From NCBI GenBank assembly GCA_002269645.1, contig NIVC01002204.1, forward strand, positions 62,001 through 126,000: 64,000 nt of DNA, written 5' to 3'. The DNA comes from Macrostomum lignano (Eukaryota). Within the stretch, counting starts at the first letter, position 1. Each line of letters begins with the position of its first letter. The translations under genes and the position numbers were made by a program. The notes below the pieces were generated by a model that ran no database searches, was not told where the DNA came from, and was given only the letters and a program-made list of their open reading frames with translations. This document shows, one piece after another, positions 38,256 to 48,700 of this stretch.

Positions 38256-38286
38256 AAAACGGCTCAACCGATTTTCATGAAACTTG
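38256..38286 (+). mobile_element. Motif resembling Helitron/Helentron-associated interspersed elements (DINE-1/Lep1-like)
   Basis: AAAACGGCTCAACCGATTTTCATGAAACTTG resembles the ACGGCTGAACCGATTTTGATGAAATTTG motif recalled from such elements; element ends not identified. Confidence 0.3.
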
Positions 38287-38849
38287 CACCGTTAGGTCAG
38301 AAATTTTGTGACGGTTCATGTGTCGTGGCTAAGAAATTGCTCAGTGCTAAGGGGATTAAATATTCGAGAAACATACGCTCGTAGTATCTAATTGTTACCA
38401 TTCAAAAGCACTAAAAATGAGTCACTAGATGTCTTTCCAAATGAATATTTTACAGAATAAAAGAATACTTCAGAAACACAAGAGCAGAGAAAAAATTTTC
38501 GCCTTTTTAATCGCTTTTGTTACACCCCCCCCTATCCTGCCAAATTCTGCTTAATAAAGCTCTAAACAGATTCCTAGCGTAGCCCTGCATTGCTGCTGGA
38601 TAATTGGAAAGCAGGAGAAAAAGGCTTAAAGCTTTTTCGCAGCAAAACAGCCAGACTTACGGCAGACACATGTGGCCTAAAATGAGATTCATTCATGGGT
38701 TTCAGCAGTATTTAGCGGTGCATGCCTTCATTGTTCTGCAAATATATTTTGAGCTACCTAAACAGAGCGCTGAAATTCGATTTGAATCTCAAACTGCACT
38801 ATAGCGGCTTGCTAATTGTCATAGCAGTCCCTAGAATTCACTATAGAAA

Positions 38850-39520
38850 TCACTCTGGGAGTCACTATAGGAGTCACTCTAGAAGTCAATCTGCGAGTCA
38901 CTCTAGGAGTCACTCTGGGATCACTTAAGGGATCACTCTAGGAGTCACTCTGGGATCACTTAAGGGATCACTCTAGGAGTCACTCTGGGATCACTTAAGG
39001 GATCACTCTAGGAGTCACTCTGGGATCACTTAAGGGGTCACTCTAAAAATAACTCTAAGAATCACTCTAGCCATCAATCTAGGAATCACTCTAGGAGTCA
39101 CTCTAGGAATCACTCTGGGAGTCACTCTAGAAGTCCCTTTAAGAGTCACCCTAGGAGTCACTCTAAAAATAACTCTAAGAATCACTCTAGCCATCAATCT
39201 AGGAATCACTCTAGGAGTCACTCTAGGAATCACTCTAGGAGTCACTCTAGAAGTCCCTTTAGGAGTCACTCTAGGAGTCACTCTGGGATCACTCTAGGAG
39301 TCACTCTAGAAATCCCTTTAAGAGTCAATCTAGGAGTCACTCTGGGATCACTTAAGGGGCCACTCTAGGAGTCACTCTAAAAATAACTCTAAGAATCACT
39401 CTAGCCATCAATCTAGGAATCACTCTAGGAGTCACTCTAGGAATCACTCTAGGAGTCACTCTAGGAATCACTCTAGGAGTCACTCTAGAAGTCCCTTTAA
39501 GAGTCACTCTGGGAACTCTG
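38850..39520. repeat. 12-bp array (GAGTCACTCTAG) with larger duplicated blocks
   Basis: Upstream of the peptide-gene ATG. Confidence 0.9.
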
Positions 39521-39789
39521 GGAATATCCCTAGCTATTTCTCGTCCCCTGTTTCTCATTCCCTGCTTCTCATCTTTATCACTAATTAGTTACTCAAACGC
39601 TGAGTAGCATCCTTCCCGTCATTATCATTAGGGAACCCCAATATTTTGTTGGTTCACAATCGGACTTCTTAGAATATGTTTATAAAACATTCAGCTCGCA
39701 TTCTCGCATGCCAGGGCGCTCGCACATCGCCGCGGCTCGACAACTGTTGAAATAGCATCGAATCACGCCACCAGCATAATTTAACAGCC

Positions 39790-41608
39790 ATGAAAATCTC
39801 TCGCCGCGTAGCCGCCCAGCTTCTGCTAATCTTCATCGCCCAATCAGCGCTGATGTACAGGGAAACTGAAAGCATGAAACTCCTGCAAGCTGGTGAGGAT
39901 CTGGCTTTCTTACATTTTATCGCGCCTTATAAAGTCATTTTCACTACATATCGGTTACAAGAAGTCCGAATTCCAAAATGTATTTTTCGCCTTTTAAAAA
40001 ATCTAGTGTAAATCTATCGGCAGGTCTATCTAAACGGGACATCTATTACATCTCTATCTGTTACATCTATTACATCTATTTACATCTATTACATCTCTAT
40101 CTAAACGGGATTAGAGATCCCGATTTGTTTGCATGGTTTAGAATTTTTTTACGCTGCATATCGTCTTAGTAGATCTTTGCATTTGTGCGCCTTGTAAAGT
40201 TATTGACGCTACATATCGACGGTTTTTGACTACGCAAACAGCTCTGCAGATTGTACTTTTGGCAAGAAAACCTTAACGACTTTCTAAGAGTAAATTGTAG
40301 ATCTCATTCTTCAGAACTTCTCTGAGCCTTCACAAACAAAGATTAGAGGACCAAAAGAGGGACAACGCAAGGACGCAGCTGCGAGGCGAGAAAGTCGAGG
40401 CTGTAAAATGTAGCAGCCAGAAGGCTAAGACGGAGCTCAAAGGAAGAATAAGTCTCCTTTTCTGCTAACTGTCAGTTGCTGCGTGACTAGCATCGTGTCG
40501 TCACAAGCTCTGTCTGGCACTCGGTACTTTCCAAAGCGGGGACATTTCGGATTCTAAATCTAACAATTTGGCTGCAAACAGAGCAACGCCTTTTATGAGC
40601 TTATTCAGACCTCGGTCATTATCGGTTGATTATCCAATATTTGCCTGAGCACGAGTCCGAAATTTATGCGGGCGGCCTATTTTCGGACAGCACAAACTCC
40701 TCTACAAGGTTCTCGTATACATGACATCCTATCAGTTCGTTTGCGTTATACGTTGAAAATATTTTTATTATCGCACGGAATCGAACCCGGGCACTTGCGT
40801 TTAGAGTCGGACGCGTTTACCGCTGAGCTACTGCGACCCCCTCCTTCTAGGCAGTTTGACAGGCTATGTAAAGTTCTTAAAGCCCCAAACACCTCTACTG
40901 CACCTCTAAACACCTCTAAACATCTCTAAACACCTCTAAACACCTCTAAACACCTCTAAACATCTCTAAACACCTCTAAACACCTCTAAACACCTCTAAA
41001 CACCTCTAAACACCTCTAAACACCTCTAAACACCTCTAAACATCTCTAAGCACCTCTAAACATCTCTAAACACCTAAACGTCTCTAAACATCTCTAAACA
41101 TCTCTAAACACCTCTAAACATCTCTAAACATCTCTAAACACCTCTAAACATCTCTAAACACCTCTAAACATCTCTAAACACCTCTAAACATCTCTAAACA
41201 CCTCTAAACATCTCTAAACATCTCTAAACACCTCTAAACATCTCTAAACATCTCTAAACACCTCTAAACATCTCTAAACACCTCTAAACATCTCTAAACA
41301 CCTCTAAACATCTCTAAACACCTCTAAACATCTCTAAACACCTCTAAACATCTCTAAACACCTCTAAACATCTCTAAACACCTCTAAACACCTTTAAACA
41401 CCTCTAAATATCTCTAAACACCTCTACTGCAGGCGCTGCCTACAAGCGATTTCTGTACTATTCGAACGGCAACTGCGAGACATTCGATATACGATGCTTC
41501 AGCCAGCGCGACTGCCAGATGGCTTACGGTCCGGGGCATCAGTGCGTGATTCTGAGATGCTCCCTGAGCTGCCAGCTGCTGCCATCTGACAGAGGCCGCA
41601 TCGCCTGA
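39790..41608 (+). CDS. Uncharacterised secreted cysteine-rich peptide precursor; 2 exons, 92 aa
   Basis: Exon 1 39790-39892 (gccATG; MKISRRVAAQLLLIFIAQSALMYRETESMKLLQA; donor G|GTGAGG) joins in phase 1 to exon 2 41433-41608 (acceptor CTGCAG): GAAYKR-FLYYSNGNCETFDIRCFSQRDCQMAYGPGHQCVILRCSLSCQLLPSDRGRIA*. Signal-peptide-like N-terminus, KR site, six Cys; TATAAAA at 39681, AATAAA at about 41760. Confidence 0.72.
40770..40837 (-). pseudogene. Degenerate tRNA-like sequence (tRNA pseudogene or SINE head) in the peptide-gene intron
   Basis: Minus strand GTCGCAGTAGCTCAGCGGTAAACGCGTCCGACTCTAAACGCAAGTGCCCGGGTTCGATTCCGTGCGAT: A box, B box and partial acceptor stem (TCGCA/TGCGA), but unpaired anticodon stem and shortened T arm. 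Confidence 0.6.
40888..41428. repeat. 10-bp array (CTCTAAACAC/CTCTAAACAT)
   Basis: Peptide-gene intron; runs right up to the exon 2 acceptor. Confidence 0.95.
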
Positions 41609-41827
41609 GTCAGTTCGGCATCAACTCAAACTAAAATGATTTCAAGACCAATGCAACAACTTCGTCTACATTTAAGTAGGGAATGATTCAACATGTTGCC
41701 AACTCTGAACCAATTAAAACAATTTCTTCATTTTATCGGCTACTGACCTTTTTTGGAGAAATAAACATAAAGACAAAAGGTTCGATTGGAATTTAATTCT
41801 TGGTTAACCACATTTCAGAGCAAGAAT

Positions 41828-42232
41828 ACATTCTACTCTCATTGCATTCTATTCTGTACTCTCACTGCATTCTATTCTCTACTCTCACTGCATTCTATTC
41901 TCTACTCTCACTGCATTCTATTCTCTACTCTCACTGCATTCTATTCTCTACTCACACTGCATTCTATTCTCTACTCTCATTGCATTCTATTCTCTACTCT
42001 CACTGCATTCTATTCTCTACTCTCATTGCATTCTATTCTCTACTCTCATTGCATTCTATTCTCTACTCTCATTGCATTCTATTCTCTACTCTCACTGCAT
42101 TCTATTCTCTACTCTCACTGCATTCTATTCTGTACTCACACTGCATTCTATTCTCTACTCTCATTGCATTCTATTCTCTACTCTCATTGCATTCTACTCT
42201 CTACTCTCATTGCATTCTATTCCCTACTCTCA
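41828..42232. repeat. 23-bp minisatellite (CACTGCATTCTATTCTCTACTCT)
   Basis: About 220 nt after the peptide-gene stop. Confidence 0.93.
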
Positions 42233-42597
42233 TTGTTTTCGATAAAAGAATTCTACAAACCGAAATTTTAATATCATAGCAGCACTGGAGATGGACGTAT
42301 ATGGATGGAAACGGCGATGAACACATGCAGGAGACTGATACAGTGTCAGTGAGGAATCCAGAATTTTCGGGAACACAACCCCGCACTAGCGCACAGAAAC
42401 TCGAGAGCAGTCATGCTGCATCGAATGCAGTTGCGCTCGCTCTGTTATTCAGAACTTCAAAAAAACAAACATATTGTTCTGTCTTGAACTAATTCCCACC
42501 ACGTGCAGCAGATTAGGTGTATGATTGAAATATTTTCTCTGGTTTTTTTAGTTTTCCTTGCTAGGTCTTAGTTAACTGGTTTGTTATTTTGTTGGGT

Positions 42598-42696
42598 AGC
42601 TAGCTAGTTAGTTAGTTAGTTAGTTAGTTACTTAGTTAGTTAGTTAGTTAGTTAGTGAGTTAGTTAGTTAGCTAGCTAGTTAGTTAGTTACTGAAG

Positions 42697-42748
<52 letters not shown>

Positions 42749-42796
42749 GAGTTAGTTAGCTAGTTAGTTAGTTAGTGAGTTAGTTAGTTAGTTAGC

Positions 42797-42843
<47 letters not shown>

Positions 42844-42880
42844 CTAGCTAGTTAGTTAGTTAGTTAGTTAGTTAGCTAGC

Positions 42881-42947
<67 letters not shown>

Positions 42948-42952
42948 CTAGC

Positions 42953-43035
<83 letters not shown>

Positions 43036-43136
43036 CTAGTTAGTTAGTTAGTTACTTAGCTAGTTAGTTAGTTAGTTAGCTAGTTAGTTAGTTAGCTAGT
43101 TAGTTAGTTAGTTAGTTAGTTAGCTAGTTAGTTAGC

Positions 43137-43175
<39 letters not shown>

Positions 43176-43290
43176 CTAGTTAGTTAGTTAGTTACTTAGC
43201 TAGTTAGTTAGTTAGTTAGCTAGTTAGTTAGTTAGCTAGTTAGTTAGTTAGTTAGCTAGTTAGTCAGTCAATCAGTCAGTCAGTGAGTGA
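42598..43290. repeat. (TTAG)n microsatellite ending in short (TCAG)n and (TGAG)n runs
   Basis: About 690 nt with CTAG interruptions. Confidence 0.96.
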
Positions 43291-44046
43291 GTGAGTCAGT
43301 ACACTGCTCCCGCCTCCCAGTCGTTAGCTTTGGTGTCTCCCACGCAAGCACTTTAACTGTCGCCCACGCAGGTAGGAAATATTTGAATTCAGCCGCAGAA
43401 AAAATATAATTTCGATAGCTTGCGGCGAATTTCTGTTGTCAATCGAATAGAGAGCCTTTCTATCTTTGATTTTCAAGCTGGCATGCATAGGTTATGATGA
43501 TGAATATAGATCCGACTGCAAATAAGCCAATAGTCTCACCTAGCACAACCGACAAAGAGGAGCAAATTTTCACGCGCCGAACTCTTCTCAAGTGCTAATA
43601 ATATACTCCTAGCTCGTAATGGATTCGAATCACCACAGTGCCGGCCATATTTGCTGATTGTGTGGGAGTGAAGCCAGAGGCGCGAGTTGGTTGCATAGAG
43701 ACCTCACCTTGCCCCACCCAATTACAAGTTTATAGCGTCAACTTTGCGCTGCCCAGGGTCGGTCAGGCGCACAATTAAGATAATTAATTGAATAGGCTCG
43801 AAAGTGCTAGACAATATAATAATGACTTTGTCCACTTTGCAATGCTGAGAAGTAGAAAAAGAACTTTTCTAGCAATTATGGGTGACTAAATGAATATCTG
43901 TTTGAAATATATCTTTCTTTATCTAGAAAACAAAACCAGTCTCTCATTCCCATCTAGACAAAGGCGAGGTGTAACTGGCGTTAGATTTTAACATGATTTT
44001 CCTATCTTATATAATTATCTAAAGCTTAATTAGGAAGATGACATAG

Positions 44047-44725
44047 TGGTGTACATTTGGGTGGGTGGCTGGGGGCTGGTCGTGAGCGAGTACATTGGGG
44101 TGGGTGGCTGGGGGCTGGTCGGGAGCGAGTGTACATTGGGGTGGGTGGCTAGGGGCTGGTCGCGAGCGAGTGTACATTGGGGTGGTTGGCTGGGGGCTGG
44201 TCGTGAGCGAGTGTACATTGGGGTGGGTTCCTGGAGGCTGGTCGTGAGCGAGTGTACAATAGGGTGGGTGGCTAGGGGCTGGTCGGGAGCGAGTGTACAT
44301 TGGGGTGGATGGCTAGGGGCTGGTCGGGAGCGAGTGTACATTGGGGTGGGTGGCTAGGGGCTGGTCGTGAGCGAGTGTACATTGGGGTGGGTGCCTGGAG
44401 GCTGGTCGTGAGCGAGTGTACAATAGGGTGGGTGGCTAGGGGCTGGTCGGGAGCGAGTGTACATCGGGGTGGATGGCTAGGGGCTGGTCGGGAGCGAGTG
44501 TACATCGGGGTGGATGGCTAGGGGCTGGTCGGGAGCGAGTGTACATTGGGGTGGGTGGCTAGAGGCTGATCGTGAGCGAGTGTACATTGGGGTGGATGGC
44601 TAGGGGCTGGTCGGGAGCGAGTGTACATTGGGGTGGGTGGCTAGGGGCTGGTCGGGAGCGAGTGTACATTGGGGTGGGTGGCTAGGGGCTGGTCGTGAGC
44701 GAGTGTACATTGGGGTGGGTGCCTG
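44047..44725. repeat. 41-bp G-rich minisatellite (GAGCGAGTGTACATTGGGGTGGGTGGCTAGGGGCTGGTCGT)
   Basis: About 16 units, intergenic. Confidence 0.93.
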
Positions 44726-45204
44726 GGCGTCAAGCTTTAAGAGTACTTGGTTTTAAAGCCGAAAAAAAGCGAAAAATTAGCAGCCAGCCACATTTTAGTA
44801 GTTTTAGCACCGTAATTGCTTTGGGGAAATATGCACGTAAATGTTTGTTTTGCTTCAGTATATTTTTGGTATTATTTTAAACTGGTTGCTTAAATGCATT
44901 AAGCTGGTTAAAAGCGATTTGAAACAGTGCAGAGAAATGCTTGATTATTGATTGAGAAAGAAACAAATTGCAATCGAGAGAAACCAATATTAAATAGGTT
45001 GGACATAGATTATAAAAAGTAAAATTGGATAGCAATTGTAATTGCAAAAGCCAAAATGCATAATATTGCTAATAGTAAATTTGTTGCAAAGAGAAGTATG
45101 AAAATAACGATATTTAATAAACCAATGATTGCAAAGTCCAAGTTTGTACAAAAATCAATAAAAGAGAACAAATAGTTCAATTGAATAGGAAGATGTGTAA
45201 GGAT

Positions 45205-45745
45205 TCCCATCCAGGTCTGTAGGAAGATGGGTCAAGATCCCCATCCAGGTCAGTAGGAAGATGGGTCAAGATCCCCATCCAGGTCAGTAGGAAGATGGGT
45301 CAGGATCCCCATCCAGGTCAGTAGGAAGATGGGTCAAGATCCCATCCAGGTCAGTAGGAGGATGGGTCAGGATCCCCATCAAGGTCAGTAGGAGGATGGG
45401 TCAGGATCCCCATCCATGTCAGTAGGAAGATGGGTCAGGATCCCCATCAAGGTCAGTAGGAGGATGGGTCAGGATCCCCATCAAGGTCAGTAGGAGGATG
45501 GGTCAGGATCCCCATCAAGGTCAGTAGGAGGATGGGTCAGGATCCCCATCAAGGTCAGTAGGAGGATGGGTCAGGATCCCCATCAAGGTCAGTAGGAGGA
45601 TGGGTCAGGATCCCCATCAAGGTCAGTAGGAGGATGGGTCAGGATCCCCATCAAGGTCAGTAGGAGGATGGGTCAGGATCCCCATCAAGGTCAGTAGGAG
45701 GATGGGTCAGGATCCCCATCAAGGTCAGTAGGAGGATGGGTCAGG
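45205..45745. repeat. 34-bp minisatellite (GATGGGTCAGGATCCCCATCAAGGTCAGTAGGAG) abutting the MCM10 stop codon
   Basis: Array edge at 45745; stop codon at 45746-45748. Confidence 0.95.
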
Positions 45746-48700
45746 CTACTGACCCACGAACTTTCTCTCCTCGCCCCTAGCCAGCAGCACGTCCCTCTCC
45801 AGCGTGGGCCCCTTGCGCTCGGTAGCGAAGCTGGTCTTCTCGTAGCTCTGCCCGCCGCAACGGCGGCACGGCTCGGTTGGATAGCGGCAGTCCAAGGTGA
45901 ACGTCGTCTGTTTGCAGTCCTTGCACCTGGTGAAATTAAGTAGTTTAATTAGGTCATGATCCACAAAATACCAAAGCGATTTAAATTTTGTGATTCCATA
46001 TGAACTTTTTGTGCCGATCCCGCATCGAGAGTCCCGATCCCACATCTAGAGTCCCGATCCCACATCGAGAGTCCCGATCCCACATCTAGAGTCCCGATCC
46101 CACATCTAGAGTCTCGATCCCACATCTAGAGTCTCGATCCCACATCTAGAGTCCCGATCCCACATCTAGAGTCCCGATCCCCATGAAGAGTCCCGATCCC
46201 ACATCTAGAGTTCCGATGCCACATCTAGAGTCCCGATCCCGATGAAGAGTCCCGATCCCCATGAAGAGTCCCAATCCCAACAGCAAGCAAGCATGAGTCT
46301 CACTTGAACGGCCTCTTCACCGCAGTAGTCCAATTCAGCTGGTGTCCCTCTCGTTTGCACCTCTCGCTAGGCTGCTGACACCTCACTCCGCACTGGGCGC
46401 AGTCGGCTACCCGAACTTTCCTCTCCGTAATGGTGGCCAATTTAGCTTCGACTTGCTCCTTTCGCTCCAGCGTATTGAAATAGCTGTCCTGCTCTTTGCT
46501 GACGCGATCGCTAGCTAATTCGGCGTAGGCAGACGATTGCGACATTAGACGAAGGAATTCCGGCGATTCAGTATCGATGTTGCCTAACAGCCGGTGTTGC
46601 CGAGCAGGCTTGCTAACCGTTGAGGCTTGAGTCTCGGCGGCATCTCCAACAGAATCTTCGTTGAGTCGCTGGTTGAGTTCGGCTAGACGGCGCTGGCTCT
46701 GCTGCTGTTGGAGCTGCTCCATGCCGCCCGCTGCTCGCATCTGACAGAAGGGGGGGGGGGGGGTGAGACGGAGCTACTCTGTTGTAAGCCTGATTGTGCA
46801 CGGTTTTGGGCGCTTCTGACACTAATTATAAAGGTTCCATATTTCATTTGGGACGTCTGACATCTTAGTAGGCGCGTCTGTCATCTTAATCTGAGCGTCT
46901 GACACCTTATTTGGAGCGTGACACCTAATTGGGAGTATCTGACACCTAATTGGGAGTATCTGACACCTAATTGGGAGTATCTGACACCTAATTGGCAGAT
47001 TATCTGACACCTAATTGGCAGATTATCTGACACCTAATTGGCAGATTATCTGACACCTAATTGGCAGATTATCTGACACCTAATTGGGAGTATCTGACAC
47101 ATAATTGGGAGTATCTGACACCTAATTGGCAGATTATCTGACACCTAATTGGGAGTATCTGACACCTAATTGGCAGATTATCTGACACCTAATTGGCAGA
47201 TTATCTGACACCTAATTGGCAGATTATCTGACACCTAATTGGCAGATTATCTGACACCTAATTGGCAGAGTATCTGACACCTAATTGGCAGATTATCTGA
47301 CACCTAATTGGCAGATTATCTGACACCTAATTGGCAGATTATCTGAGACCTAATTGGCAGATTATCTGACACCTAATTGGCAGATTATCTGACACCTAAT
47401 TGGCAAATTATCTGACACCTAATTGGCAGATTATCTGACACCTAATTGGCAGATTATCTGACACCTAATTGGCAGAGTATCTGACACCTAATTGGCAGAT
47501 TATCTGACACCTAATTGGCAAATTATCTGACACCTAATTGGCAAATTATCTGACACCTAATTGGCAGATTATCTGACACCTAATTGGCAGATTATCTGAC
47601 ACCTAATTGGCAGATTATCTGACACCTAATTGGCAGATTATCTGACACCTAATTGGCAGATTATCTGACACCTAATTGGCAAATTATCTGACACCTAATT
47701 GGCAGATTATCTGACACCTAATTGGCAGATTATCTGACACCTAATTGGCAGATTATCTGACACCTAATTGGCAGATTATCTGACACCTAATTGGCAGATT
47801 ATCTGACACCTAATTGGCAGAGTATCTGACACCTAATTGGCAGATTATCTGACACCTAGTTGGCAGATTATCTGACACCTAATTGGCAAATTATCTGACA
47901 CCTAATTGGCAGATTATCTGACACCTAATTGGCAGATTATCTGACACCTAATTGGCAGATTATCTGACACCTAATTGGCAGATTATCTGACACCTAATTG
48001 GCAGATTATCTGACACCTAATTGGCAGATTATCTGACACCTAATTGGCAAATTATCTGACACCTAATTGGCAGATTATCTGACACCTAATTGGCAGATTA
48101 TCTGACACCTAATTGGCAGATTATCTGACACCTAATTGGCAGATTATCTGACACCTAATTGGCAGATTATCTGACACCTAATTGGCAGATTATCTGACAC
48201 CTAATTGGCAGATTATCTGACACCTAATTGGCAGAGTATCTGACACCTAATTGGCAGATTATCTGACACCTAATTGGCAGATTATCTGACACCTAATTGG
48301 CAGAGTATCTGACACCTAATTGGCAAATTATCTGACACCTAATTGGCCAGCACGATTATCTGACCCCTAATCTAAGACATTAAGTCTGAAGTTTTTCAGC
48401 ACTTTTGGCTTCTTTGGGCGTGGGAATGTCGCTAATGCAAAAAAGAGAAAATGGCAACTTGTTTTTTGTCGCAATGATTAATGGGGAACAAACGTCTGGG
48501 TGTGTAATTTATGAATAAAGGCGAGCAGCCTATGCTATAAAAGGTAAGTTGTAATCATTGTTTTCATAGGCAATAAGATTATAAGATGTAGAACAGAGTT
48601 AAAAGAGAAAACGAAAAATAAAGTTGAATAGGAAAACTATCGGTAATATACTTTTTTGCTACTTATGAGTAGCAAGTAAAAAACTCTTGCTTTTAGAGAA

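Noticed and set aside
40310-40470. Open frame in the peptide-gene intron as a possible middle exon
   Set aside because: The phase-1 reading from the nearby acceptor hits a stop at once and no in-phase donor was found.
42598-43290. Interstitial telomeric repeat
   Set aside because: The unit is TTAG, not TTAGG or TTAGGG.
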